DNA of 64,000 nt from Ramazzottius varieornatus. Taxonomy: Eukaryota > Animalia > Tardigrada. The position numbers and the translations under genes are program-made. The stretch covers positions 1,947,620-2,011,619 of the forward strand of contig BDGG01000004.1 in the NCBI GenBank assembly GCA_001949185.1. The letters run 5' to 3'. Shown piece by piece: positions 12,784-25,910 of the stretch. The notes beneath the pieces were generated by a model. It saw nothing but the letters and a program-made list of their open reading frames with translations. It ran no database searches and had not been told where the DNA came from. How positions within the stretch are numbered: position 1 is the stretch's first letter; every line of letters begins with the position of its first letter.

Positions 12784-13663
12784 TCAGCTACGTCGTCGAT
12801 GACTAAGGCTGCGAACAAATCCCACTAGTCCTCCTCGCGCATCGCTCGCTGACGGAGAACCCGCTTCGGGGACAAGCTGGTCATCTAGGAGCTTTGGAGA
12901 CGGTACTGTGGGCGTGGTCGACGCTTCCGGCTCCTTGTCTTTCGATCCCTTTAGGCCAAGCATCTTTCGCAATCGACGAAGAAAACGACCATGTTTGCGT
13001 TCCCGAGACAAACTGCTGACGGTAGGCGAAGTTGGAGGACCAAAGATGTTTGTATCGACAATCCTTTTGCCAAGTTCGAGGGACCCGTCTGAAGACACAG
13101 TGGACAGGGAACCATCAATGTCGTCATCATCTTCCTCCACGATGACGTGCAAGCTCATGTATCGTTGGGAAGTCAAGCTTTGCAAGGATTCCGCGGATCC
13201 AGCAATCATGACACTGCTGTTGACCAATCTTGCCTTGCAGCTGCGGACATTGCAGAGACCGTTGCATCCTCCTGGAAGTAAAGAGACAGGCGTGATCCTA
13301 CTACTCAGGTCTTAAATATGAAGCACACTGGGAAGTTACGAGAACCCAGCATACCAACCTGGAGTGCGCTTCGTTCTTGCGGAGCTTGTCTGAGGAACGG
13401 AGCACCGACGCTGCAACAGCTCGATTGTAGATCGCTTGGCACGCGAAGCCGACACGACTTTCGGAGCCTTGACTTTGGCATCCACAAAAGACTCGCTGCT
13501 TGCTCGTTTCCGCGATGGGGCTTTCGACGAACTTTTGCGAGACCGCCCATAGGGATCGATATTCCATAAGTTCATTCCTGCAAAAATATATCGGTCAAGG
13601 TTGCAAGGAGTCTTGTAATCCGGAGCGCTCACCTGGCTTTATGATCGGGGTGAAGAAAGCCAT
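12784..13663 (-). CDS. Uncharacterised Ser/Arg-rich disordered protein (3 coding exons)
   Basis: ATG 13663 (MAFFTPIIKPG). Phase-1 GT-AG introns join the ORF-track segments 13336..13632 and 12784..13227 in frame. No recognisable folded domain. Confidence 0.55.
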
Positions 13664-14920
13664 CCCGTCCTTCACACCAGGAAATCGGACAGGGAAACAA
13701 GCTGTCAAGGACTGTGATCAATACAAGCCTAACATCTGTAAGAACACAGTGTACGATTATATCAAATCACTGCAAGCTGTACGGAACGTCCGGAAAACGT
13801 AAACATCCGCCTGTCATACATCCTGGTTTGTTTGCGAAGCCAGATATCAACATTCGCTGATAAGGATGGCGGGTGGGCGGAAGGACAAAACAAGTAACTC
13901 ACCTTCACCACGGATGGTTGGAGTAACCAAGTGCGCGTAAATTAAGTTCTTCCGCGGGTGGAGCAATTAGATCAGGTAGAGACTTCGTTACATCACAATG
14001 AGCAAGTACTAATTGTCAACTTGACGAAGATCAGCGCAGGAGAGAGCACGGTAAAGTCTAGCTGCCGCGTTCCAACAAGCTAGAACTCACAGACTTCGAG
14101 CTGTTGACTGCGCGACTACGGCTTGCAAAGCCGTGATCGAGACAGAAAAAGTCCGGAAGGTTAGCGGGCAGTGAAGTAAAGAACTGGTACGCTGTACACA
14201 GATTACCTGATTAGAGTTTCGCTATACTGACTAGTCGTGTTTTGAAATCTACTTGAAGTCAAAGAGAGACATTCAGTTGGAGCATGAAGAGAGAAAACAA
14301 GCAACAATGGGGTAACCTGTATTCAGGAAGAGGAGACAATGCGTACTTTGTGTACTTCCCTGGAGGGACGACAAAGTACTGACTGGTACTGGTAAGCCAC
14401 AGACTGCAGGTTCCGCGTAATGGAGGAATCGAATGCAGTCAGGGAAAACAGGACACTGCTGCATACGTAATTTTCTTACAATGAGGACGCTGTTCTCGGT
14501 CGTTCGTTTGCGCAGGCAATGCATAAAAGTAAATCCTGTCGCGAGACGGAATCGCTGGCACCTCGCTCAAGCTCCGAGAGCCTCCGTCTCACATCAACAC
14601 TGCACAGAAATACATCAAGAAACGCCTTCGTTGCTGAAAATCGATACGCTATTTCCGGCTGTCGCCGCATACTTTTTCCCCTCGACCTCGAAAGTTATTT
14701 CCAGCTTAGCCTTCAGTCTTTTCGAGCATCAAGAAACACATGACCATTATATGAACGAATTATTCTTGAATAAGTTGTCTAACTGGTGAAAGGCTCCTCA
14801 AAGTATCGAAGTTTCATCAAACACAAGATTTCTGATCAGAACAACAAATTAAAATTAAATTTTTACCGAGTTAAAACTTGAAAAATTCTCCATCCAAAAG
14901 AAAAACTCAGTCCAAATCAC

Positions 14921-17779
14921 TTATGTGTACTCACAGAAATGTCCGCAGCCAGTCGGGCACTGGGAGGACTTCTTCATCCATTCTAGCACGTGATCCAAGT
15001 GTCCTCCGTGGGAGCATCCTTGACACCACACATACAAACCGCGAACTGGCAGTTGGCAAATGCTGCAGCAGTTGGTCAACTTGCGACACGACGTGCAGTA
15101 CCAGCCATTACTGTGCAAGTGCTTGGCGCACATATTGCAGGAGGTATGTATGGTGGTAGATTGCTGGTTCAGCTCCGAAACCGCGGAGACCTGCGACAAT
15201 TTGATCACCTCGTTGGCGACTGTGTAAAGCTGAAATCTCGTGAGCAAATCTGCGGAAAAGAATGCTCGTTAAAAAAAGTCTTCCTCAAAAGAACTGTAGT
15301 TCAGAGAATGTACGCACCGATATAATCAAGGACGTATGCTTCGAGAAGGACCTCGTCGAAGAACCCTTTTATTCGATCTCCGAGAACGATGATCAGGCTC
15401 ACGGCAGTTTGAACATCGCCTTGTTCGGCATGGTACTGTATGCTTTCTTGAACAAGGTCGCTGAAGTCCAGGAACGAGCTCCCACTGACCTGTGGCATCA
15501 ACGAGGCCAGGCGCAGTGAATCTTCAGTCTCCGAGTCAGGTCCGATCGACCCACTTCGTATACGGTTACGGTTGGCGTTCGTCGTAGCCCGACCACCCGG
15601 GACGACTTCGACGTCATGGGTCAAACATGCATGTGCGCGGTCCGGCAATTCGTGTCGAAGTTGGAAGCCTTCGGTCGGCAGCGTATGAAAGGACTCTTCG
15701 TCAACCGGCTCCGCCACGACGAAAGGCGAGTCGACTTCCTCAAAGACTGTCTGTTCGTTAAAGAGGAAGTCTCCTGCAACGTAACATACCAGATTATAAA
15801 ATCACGAGTCAAAAGCACTAATATACGCGAAAATATTGACAGAATGTTACCGGTATTCGAGCTTTGTGGTTCCATCATCCCTGATGGCGGATCCTTAGCC
15901 GATGGATGTCTGGAAGACCGCTGGAACGTCGTATCGTGCAAGTTACCTTCCGGCATCTGCGGCTGCATCAAGCCATCTTCCTTCCTGTTCTGATAGGTGG
16001 TTCCACCACGCGAGTCTGAAACAAACAGCGCACTATAACCGGAAGGCAGTCCACATGTAGTCTAATGCTGGTCTGACTAGTCTTACCGTATCGGTGGATG
16101 ATTCGGTTGTCCCCAGAGGAATGGCCGCTCTTCTGAGCCCGCCCTTCGCTAAACGCGTGAAGGTATCCCACGATTCGCCACACTTGTGCCACCTGAATCC
16201 TTCCAACCTTCTCCGCCACTGCAGCATTATGTGTGCACATCTCCGAAACGGAGCGACCAAAAAGCAGATAGTTCTTCGCGCTGTGAACGAACCAGTCCAT
16301 CGACAGACTCTGCGATAAAGACAGAAAACTGACACACGTCACAGCCAAACGACTCCGCAGTATAATGGTGCCAAGCGCGTACCTTCAAGCTGTCGTGCGG
16401 AAAAGTGGACAAACTGCTGACTGCATTCAACGGGAAATCTTCCGCTGCACTGGTTGATTCGGCAAAGATACTAGCTAGTTTCTTCCCGCGCTTGTCATGA
16501 TGTCCATGGTGCCCGTATCCGTCCATTATCCGTTGACTGCAAGCATGAGCTACATCCCCATAACACCCGATGTCCAGGCCCACAGGATTAACGTGGTCAG
16601 CGGGTCTCTTTGCATCTTGAAAGGTGAAATGCGTCAAACAGCCATCCTGCGAACCCGTCATCAGGATATGCGGATCCATTCTCCACATAAGCGTAGTTAC
16701 GACTTTCACATGCTTCTCAAAAGACGCAAAGGGAATATAAGGACGACGAAGGTCCCACACATTGACACTGAAATCGGTAGTTAGTGCCGTGCCGGCAATG
16801 TACGTTTCCCTTTGAGGTCTCCAGGCTATAACACCCATGTGAGCTATCGTGGGTATCACATGTTGGAGTGTCGGACTCTTGCCTGAATCTTGCATGTCCC
16901 ATACCTGCAAAAAGACACGAAGATACCACAATACAGCTCGAGTGATGAGATTATGGTAGCGGATGAAGTACCTTGATACATCTGCCTCGCCCGCATGTGG
17001 CCAAAAGGTTCCTGTCACTTGGGTGAAAGTCGCACTGGAAAACGGGTCCTGTATGACATGTGAGCTCCCTCTCGCTGGTATCCGCTTTCCGCATGTCGAA
17101 GATCTTTACGTTGCCATTTTCCAGGCAAACGGCGAACTGGTTGTTTTGGTGAGGGTTGAAGCGAACGTCGCGAACTGCCTCTTCGCATCCGTACACCATA
17201 GCTTTCTCCTGTTTCCGAAGGTCGTACAGTACTATGGTAGCGTCCTGTGAGCCGCTCAACAGGGAAGAAGCATCGCTCGGGTGAAAGGCGATCCGGTTGA
17301 CGGTCCGTTTCTGTTCGGAGAACGTCATGACGAGGTTTCCGGGCGTGGAGAGGTTCCACAAGCAAACAGCACCGGTCGTAGTGGCGGAAGCCAGGATGCT
17401 CTCGTCCACATGGTTCCACACGATGTCGCTACTTGCGCAGTTCCAGTTGCTGCGTTTATTGGGAAAGCGAAGGTTTTCCTTCTCGACGAAACGGTTGTCT
17501 TCGATGTTGAGAATCCTCAGCACTGCAAACCCAAAAGAGATAAGATTGCGTTCGGTTTTTGTGGCAGAACGTTGCAAAAAAGCTTACAGTTTCTGCCTGC
17601 AGCTACAACCTGACTTCCGTCGCGGTTCAGTGCTCTGGAAAGAACACGGGAAATTGGGAATCATGGTTCGTAGTTGCCCATGGTTGAACGAACATCAGCG
17701 ACACAGCGCCTTACATCGATTTGATGGGGTTTTCCAGGTCGATGGCAAAGGTTTCGGCTGCTTTCATGTCCACAGCCAT
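14921..17779 (-). CDS. WDR24: GATOR2 complex subunit WDR24
   Basis: WD40 repeats (LLSGSQD, VRDVRFNPH, WRPQR, VWDLRRPYIPFASF), YHAEQGDVQTAVSLIIVLG, and the C-terminal zinc finger CSICQLPVRGLYVWCQGCSHGGHLDH...CPTGCGHFCEYT*. Confidence 0.93.
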
Positions 17780-18379
17780 TATGCGACGGCGCCTCTTCAC
17801 TCTTGACGGCTCCCGGATGAAAGCTGGAAGATGAGAGAAATGCAGCACTGTGACCGAGATTCGAGGAGTAACAGCTTCCGAGGGGAAGAAATAACCCACC
17901 TGATGTCTCGATCAGTGCTCCGCTTGCTTAGTATCTCCCCATGTAAAGCTTGAAATACCGCTCTGTGTGGGATGAAACTAGAATGATGATATGCGCAGCA
18001 ACAGGTGAGAAGAACCGGAGGGGGAAGGAGGATGCTGGGAGAAGGATATGAATTGACGAGTGTTCTTCTTCCGGCGGAAATCAGAATTACCAGTTAGCTT
18101 CGGTGTTGCAATCCCCCAATCAATCAAGTATAACGGTGTACATTAAAGAACATACTTGAATCGCAAACTCTCAACTATCGTTTTGTTGTGGTTTTTGAAC
18201 GATCTTCGGCGATCTTATCACTTGTCAGGCTGACAAGAACTCGGAAGTGAGAATTGATCAACAGCTGCTGTCTTGAGTCTTCTTCTGTCTTAAATTGATC
18301 TTCTATGATTGTCAGCAAGGTTGAGGAAGTTATCTTGCTGATGTAGCAAGCCACAAAATTATTATCGTCGCACAACGAA

Positions 18380-20309
18380 ATGCCGGAGCTTGCCGAAGTT
18401 GCGTTCGCAAGTCGCTTCATCAACGAAGTATGTTTGGGGCGGTTCTTCAGAAGCCCGCTCGTGAAGTCAGGTGAGCCAACCTCACGATGTTTCGCCGATC
18501 TTACCGAGGTGAAACCATGATATGCTTGGGATCGTATATATCATAATATATGCGATATCGGTAGTGCTGTCATGCCATACTAGTGACAGCCTAGTGTTGT
18601 AATCTGCCCCAAGTTACCTGATTATATTTTGCAGCGGTCAGTAAGATGAAAGAAATAGAGTGGAGGTCCAACAAGTTTACGATCGAATCAACGGCGCGTG
18701 GGAAAGAACTACAAGTGATTCTAAAAGATGTTTCGGAAAAGGGCGCTGACGCTCCTCATACTTCGCAAGATGATGCATCCTCAGCCGCAGATGTGGAAAA
18801 GAAGGGACAGCTGACAATCACGTTCGGATTTGGAATGTCTGGCAAGTTCTCCTTCGACAGGTCGGTGTCATTTGCATAACAGATATGGTTCGTGAGATCG
18901 TGCAAGTTCTCTGTGCCTCCCGGAGAGAACGGTCTGTATGAAGTTCTCCGATTTGCAGATTTGACCAAATCCCGAAGCATGCACATCTGCAAATCTTCAC
19001 GACGGATACTCCTCCCTCTGTCCTCAGCTTTGTGGACTATCGTCGTTTCGGCAAATGGAACGTCGGAGACTATGATCTCAAGAATCGGGTATGCATGGAA
19101 TGACCGGAAACTGTTGTCCATCTTTCGTACAAAGAGCTTTGTCGACAGGGTCCCGATCCAGTGTCTGCACCGAGAGAATTCCGCCAGAAGGTTCTGTCCG
19201 AGCTAAACAGCAGTGTGTTCAACCGTGCTGTCTGCGAAGCCATGATGGATCAGAAGTACTTCAACGGAATAGGGAACTATCTAAGGGCGGAAATCCTCTT
19301 CCGAGCCAAGATTCCACCTTTCACCGAAGCGCGCAGTGTGTTAGAGAGTCTTCCGCTTGAGCACGAAATTGATGTGGAGAACCCTGACCTCTTGGACCTA
19401 TGTTCCCTGGTCCCGAAAGAAGTTTTCGGGCTGGGAAAGTTCTTCCTCGGATACAACGAGAACTCGGATAACGAAACATACGTCCCGTTCAGAAACTGGC
19501 TGCGATGTAAAAACTATATTACAAAACATACTAAAAACATATGGTGTATCATGCCTGACGGCTAGCGTCATTACATTTTATTATTAATATATTATCATGT
19601 TTTAGGCTACATGAAGCCAGGAATGAAGAACCTTGTTGATCGACAAGGTCGGACGATGTGGTTCAGTGGGGACCCCGGGCCTCTCGTACCTCCCCACCAG
19701 CGCAGTAAACATGGAAGCAGGAAACGAAAGAGCAAAAAAGCTGCTTCCGATACCGAAGACGATGATGACGAGGACGACACAGACGCGCAAAGCTCTCGGA
19801 CTGCAGTAGAAAGTGCAGTTGCTGACGAACCAGTGGATCGGAAACCGAAGAGGAAAGCTGCACCGGCGCCGGAAGCATCGAGACACTCTGTAGGTGGGAT
19901 CAATCTTCCGCGTAAACTAGGCCAGACGAAGAAAGCTAAGACTAAGAAAGCAAAGAAGACCGAGATCAAGGTGGAAATCGATGGGACTGCAGATCCTGTT
20001 GTGGATTCAAAAGAGGGCGTGATGGCAAGTACGAGTGTTGTTAAGAGCGAACCTCAAAATGAGGTTTCGGTGAAAGCGAAAAGGGGACGAGCTCCAAAGA
20101 AAGCAGTCGCTAATAATATACCTGCTCAGACCCTGGAGACGGCTGTCAAGCAAGAGGTGGAAACGGTAGAATCACAGGAAGCTACCCATAAAGCCCAGAA
20201 GAAAGCTTCGAAGAAGGGGAAAAAAGCAACTGGTCTATCTGAGGAGGCTATTCCCAGCGAAGCCGACACTCAAGTTGGTTCTCGAAGGTCTTTGAGACTC
20301 AAGAAATGA
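18380..20309 (+). CDS. NEIL1: Endonuclease VIII-like 1 DNA glycosylase with an extended disordered C-terminal tail
   Basis: N-terminal MPELAEV (catalytic Pro2/Glu3), ARGKEL, FGMSGKF, DYRRFGKW, H2TH DQKYFNGIGNYLRAEIL, and zincless finger DRQGRTMWFSGDPGPL. Confidence 0.95.
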
Positions 20310-20756
20310 TTTTGGGCGGCCGGATCTACTTCTTCTTCTAGTGACTTACATTACGTGATGCCATTTGTTTCATGGTTGGGATTTAGCAAGTTTGAAGACT
20401 GAGATGCCGGGTAGTAGTCTGTTGGATTCGATTACTAGGTTTATGCTGCCACGAACTGCGTCTGAAATTAAGCTTGACTTCTCATCTTTTAGTCTTCCTG
20501 CGTGGTGTTTACGGAAATGTTTCGTCAAACTAAATTCTGAGAATTATGACAATTAAATGGATTGTTCTGCTAATTTAACCCAAGTGTATGGCTAGATAGG
20601 GATCAAACTGATTATCTGCTAGATAGGACCTCATGCAGCGTTTCGAGAAGGACGAATTCTACTGCAACGCATCTTCGAACGCTGTGGTGTTTGCCAACGT
20701 GTGAGTTTGCTAAATCTTTCTTCACAGGTTTCCTTCTGCATCAAACTCTCAGTGAC

Positions 20757-21536
20757 ATGTCGACAACAAACGATCTTGCTGTGTTGCAGGCGATCTTTAA
20801 CCCGTTATCGCCCTATACACCGGACGATGTCCCAGTCTGCGCAGAGCTGAACGCAAAACTCTGCTCTTCGGGTAAATACTCGGTCCCAATAAACCAGTGA
20901 CGGTAGGTGTTTCCTGGTGCTACTCGAAACCCACTTTGTCATTTTCAGGGCCAGTGAGTCCTGAAGTTAGAGCCGCTGTAGAACTGGAACTTCGTGGTGT
21001 CAGAGCTGCGCAAAATGGCGCTCTTGATGAAGCCGTGGGTTTGTTCACGGAAGCCATTCGTCAGGTGAATTCGAACGCTTCCGCCAGGGCTGCTTCCGCC
21101 TACAATAATCGCGCACAAGCCAAGCAGCTCAAAGGAGACTCGGAAGGTAAGAGCCATGTTTATACTGTATTCTGTTCGCTTCCCTTCCGGATGCAGAGAT
21201 ACTTGCGCCGATACCCCGAAACGTTTGGGCGTGGTTACCTGATAAACGGCATATCGGTTTGCAACAGGCGCCATGGAAGATCTGGACAAAGCCATAGAAC
21301 TCAGTGATGGACAAGGAGTGGTTGCGAGTCAAGCCTTCTGTCAACGCGCGAACCTACACAAGTTCTTTGATCGGGAGAAAGAGGCGCTTGCCGATTACAC
21401 CAAAGCTGCGGCACTGGGAAACGTTTTTGCAAAGAAGGCCTTGGTCGAGATGAACCCCATGGCAGCGCTGTGTAATAAGATGCTAAAACAAATCTTCGAA
21501 GACTTACAGCGCGGCGAACAGTCGGCAAAGCCCTAA
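20757..21536 (+). CDS. TTC36: Tetratricopeptide repeat protein 36
   Basis: MSTTNDLAVLQAIFNP, ASAYNNRAQA, DLDKAIELS and AAALGNVFAKKALVEMNPMAALCNKML; three exons. Confidence 0.92.
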
Positions 21537-21857
21537 AAATTTGCACTGGTTTTCGAACTCAACGGCACAAAAATTTGCAACCGCAAGTGGGACCGAACCG
21601 GCAAAGCGATGAGCGATTTGATTTTTTGTTCATATATAAGGTACAGTTATGACTGCGAAATTGGCGGAAGAACCCTGATTTGGTCAATCCACGAATTCAA
21701 TTATTTTAGCGCGAAACACGGAAGAGTAATGTAATACTGTTGGAAGATGGCGGCAGAGGATCGAAGAGCGTAGGGAAGGCACATCATACGACGTTCGGAT
21801 GACATGTACCGCATATACTGCAGGAGACTTTAGGCGGTGCCAGGGGCGCTCCTCGTT

Positions 21858-23237
21858 TCAGATATTCTGCTTCACATGTGTGGCTGCCTTATCGTACAGA
21901 CTCAATATCTGGACGGCTTGTTGAGCCTGGTTATAATCCGAAAGAGCACGGAAGGAATTCTCTTGGATTTCGTCGATCACTTTTCGCGGCAGCAAAAGCT
22001 CCAGCTTGTCGGGATCGGCATTCACAATTTCCTACGATTAACATGGTCAGCATGGCCATATTTAACAGAGCTGACGCAGGCAACAGACGAACATACTTCG
22101 AGATCCGCTGGACGGAGCAAAAGCCATGGCAGAAGCTGCTTGTACGCCTCCTCCGTGCATAATTGGCCGAATAGATACACGGCGCGGTCCGACAAGCCGG
22201 AAATCGCTGCACTGTCGACAGCATCGGAAGGTCTTCCGTTCGAGCCTGTAAGATCATGCATATTTGCAAATTGGGATCACCTGGTATATCGAAAACTGTC
22301 TTTTCGAACTGTACACCTGAGAGAAATTTGATTTGGTAATTTTACCATGAGAACATCGATGGGTGCAAAGATCGCCGCACATACTGGTAGAAGAACCGTT
22401 ACCACAGCTAGGCATCCACTGCTCGTTCCTCCTCAGTAACAAAAATGTGGCGGGAAATTGTGGCAATAACTGAAAGTACTCGTCATCTGCAATATGTAGG
22501 TCGTTATACTGTGTCGAAAGTTCGCAGGTGAAAGAGATCAGTAGTATTTGAAAGAAATTATGTACTGGACGCACCTTCTATTTCGGTCCCATCCAGCTCG
22601 CTAACGATGCGCAACTCATCCATGGGATCTAGATATGAGAGCTTTTTGGCGCCTGCAATGATGGAAGACGACTAGTTCGATGAGAGAACAGTATGAGATG
22701 TTTGGAGAGTTTGATAAAAAACAAAGTTGATTTCAACGACCAACTGGGCAGTGGTTACTAAAATCGTTTGTCTGATAAACTTGCACGTAAGACCAGCATC
22801 GAGCTACTCTAGCTCGTGAAGGCATTCACCGTTGAGTTCTGCGAGTTCAAGCACATGCAGGTCGAGGCACCTAGTTCGCTTACACCTTTGAACCGTTGTA
22901 GCGTCAACAACCTCATTCCTAAACATCCTCACGTTGCCACTGCTCATTCCTCATTTCCACTTGTGATAAGCTGCCACCACGCGTGTGTATGCGGCATGTT
23001 AAACGTAGAACTGACATCAACTGGTCGCATACAGATATTTTCCAACTTTTGTCGGTCGGTGGAGAGCTCATGCGGCCAAAAGTGAGCGAAAGCGGCTCGG
23101 CGATACTAGCGACCACAGCAGAACGTACCTTCGGTCTTGAGGGACTGCAAGTCGGTCACAGTGCAGCTCTTTCGGATTTTCCGATCGCAGCTCCAAACGT
23201 TACACGGCTTCTTGGTTGCATCTTTTGCTCGCTCCAT
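21858..23237 (-). CDS. DFFA: DNA fragmentation factor alpha (ICAD/DFF45)-like
   Basis: CIDE-N domain spliced as MERAKDATKKPCNVWSCDRKIRKS...LRIVSELDGTEIEDDEYFQLLP...NEQW. Linker contains DAVD/S. DFF-C-like tail ...RPADLEEIVNADPDKL...QAQQAVQILSLYDKA. The ORF track does not show it as one ORF. Confidence 0.78.
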
Positions 23238-23671
23238 GGTAAGTAATTCCGTCGATCTCAGTGCGACAAACAGTAAGTCGAACAAGCATGCAGCTTCAGA
23301 TACGAGGAAACCGGAGAAGATAACTTTGCTGTAACGAAAAGCGAAAGCTGAAATTTTGTCGTGGTCTATTCACAACCGATGCTCGATCACTGACCCACAT
23401 GTACCATTAAATTATGGGCAAGCTACCCTACTTATGCTGTGAAACGATTGGCCACATGCAGTATACGGCGGTCAACTGGTCAATTACGCTCCGCTCCGCA
23501 CAGTAAACAACCAAGAATGACTACTGAACCGTGAAGAAAATTCGGTATCAAATCGTCGACAGATCGTCGATCAAAGCAGAATTCTTTTCAAGAAACTATC
23601 AGACAAACAAGTTAACTTACTTATATGGCATGAAAGAACTTGGATTAGCCCTGATGTCCAGTTTACGATCT

Positions 23672-25678
23672 TCAGTATGGAGCCGGGCGGTATTTCAGGC
23701 GAGAATGATCAGCTCGCTGTTTCAGCGTATCGCCTGTGTCTTTCGCGTCGTACTTGGATGTGATGAGCACACCACTTTGACCAGGCTCCAGCATGGCTTG
23801 CCTGCTAATTTCCGGCATCTGGCGACCCCGATCGGGAGGTCCGCGTCTGGACAATGCATCACCGTAGAAGCCGAGACCTTGCTTCTGATGAGGAAGCTGA
23901 CCTTCACCTTCAAGCGGGTCGACGATGCCTTTCCGCCATTTCCCCACTCCTTCTCCTATAAGAACCATCAACCATTCATTTCATATGGGGTTCTTTTAGC
24001 ACATTTCGTTTGGCCAGTGCGTACCTTTGGTCCAGCCATGTTTCTCTAGCACATGCTGGCCAATTCCGTATTTTCCGAATTCGCCTTCTGACACTTTACG
24101 GCTGCTGGTGCCAGGAGCTGACTGGCGAAATAGAGACCCGGAAGTGCCACCCCGCATCGTTGATTCGCGTCGTATCTGCATGTAGTCGCGAGCGTCTTTG
24201 TCGCCGGGACGGTCCGATTCTGGCTCGTAGTACTGCGAGGTGTCCACATCAAAGTCGTCAGTCGCTTCGTCCAGGTCCGATCCACCCGCTTGCTCTTTCC
24301 AAAAGTTGGCATCCATGTTCCACACGATACCTGTTCAACAAAGACCATAGGAAACCTGCATCTTGAGCGACCGGGAAAGTTCGAAAAGAGAACACGTACC
24401 GGGGCCGCCTTTTTCCCACACGACTTCCGCCTCATCCTCAAACAGCCTTTCCTTGTTTCTTTCGTGTGTTGTCACGTCATCGTTGGACGCCTCGTATCGC
24501 TGTAATTCAAGAAGATACATATAACAGTGTTCCTTAGAAGGCAGTGATATACCATCACGAACAGGAAGGTTGGAACAGTTTACATAAGAATTCAGCGTGA
24601 GCATCCTGTGAAGAACATCAGACATTCAAACGAAAGGTTTTTGATTATCTTGAAAGGACGTATTCCCTGACACTATAACGTGTGTTAAACACTTTCAGTA
24701 TTTTCCTCAGAAAAACCGTTCTTATCTCCTCAGACTCGTTTTCCGAGTTCTCCCTCTTCGGGCAACCTTATCGATTGATGTAGTTCTTACCTCCCAGTCT
24801 TCCAGCTCATCCTCGCCCTGCGCGTTGTCCCCATGTTTCTTTTTCTCGAACCAAACAAGCGGCTGGTGGGATTCGTCGAAACTGCTGTCAACACGCGGTA
24901 TTTCGTTATTCCCTTCTTCCTCTTCCTCGTCATCTCCTTCCCCACCATCGTACCTCCGCTCCGAACCGTAATCAAAACTCACCTGTCCGAACTTTCTGTT
25001 CTTCAGACCTTTCGGGAACTTCAGACCGAGTCTTCCGATCAAGCTTGATGGCATTGAACAACGTTGAATTAGTTGCAAGAAATACTTGGTCGGAGTGCCC
25101 ACATTTCCTTGTGGAAACAACGGCGGCGGCTTCATCTCTATTAGCGCATCGACGTCGGCTTCACGAAGACTTTGGAACTGAAGATGGTACTGTTGTTCTG
25201 CTCGACGTTCTGCTCTCGTCAGATACTTGGACGACTGCTTCAGCATCCTTGCCTCAGCCGTTCCTTCAACGTCACCTGCCATCTTTATGTGAACGATGTG
25301 GCATCGACTAGGTAAGAGCTGCTGCTTCTCACTTGTCCAGTTCTGTCCGTTGTAGCGTACCAGTTCGGAGATGCGGACACTCCTGACTTTCACGAAACAA
25401 CAAAACGTTTTCTTTTCCTTCTTGCTAGCTTCACTGCTTCCGACTGACTGCGACTTTGCGCTTTCTGGGTCTTTAAACGTACTTTCGTCGATCTTTTCGG
25501 GTCGATGACGGTACTGGAAACAAGCGAAGGTGTCTTGCTCGATGGCGCTGGAGAAGAAGGCTCGCAGATCCTTGGAGTGGAACTGGAGAGGGATATTTCG
25601 GATCAGCAACAGGACAAAATCTTTCGTAGCTTCTTTCTCCAGCTCCATCGCTTCGCATCTTGCCGGACTCTCCTCCAT
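23672..25678 (-). CDS. GPATCH3: G-patch domain-containing protein 3
   Basis: NIPLQFHSKDLRAFFS, FQYRHRPE, PQGNVGTP, LEDWERYEA, FEDEAEVVWEKGGPG, DDFDVDTS, and G-patch GIGQHVLEKHGWTKGEGVG...KQGLGFYG. Confidence 0.92.
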
Positions 25679-25832
25679 TGCTAGTCCAGGTATCGTCCTA
25701 CGAAATCAACCAGCTGTATCAAGTAACGTCCGCGGTTCGCAAGGAAATGATTCAGTAAAGCTTCGGGATGGGAATCTGGGAAATGAGATTAAGTGCATCA
25801 TAGAGGATTTTGAAACCATAAAACGATCAGCG

Positions 25833-25910
25833 GTTGTTATGTTATGTTATCTTATCTTATGTTATGTTATATTTTGTCATGTTATGTTATGTTATCTCAT
25901 GTCATGTCAT
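25833..25910. repeat. Degenerate (GTTAT/GTCAT)n pentanucleotide microsatellite
   Basis: About 15 imperfect copies: gttatgttatcttatcttatgttat...gtcatgtcat. Confidence 0.9.

Noticed and set aside
23531-24049. 172-aa plus-strand ORF and similar long antisense ORFs (e.g. 21837..22331, 17297..17806)
   Set aside because: Shadows of GPATCH3, DFFA and WDR24 exons on the opposite strand.
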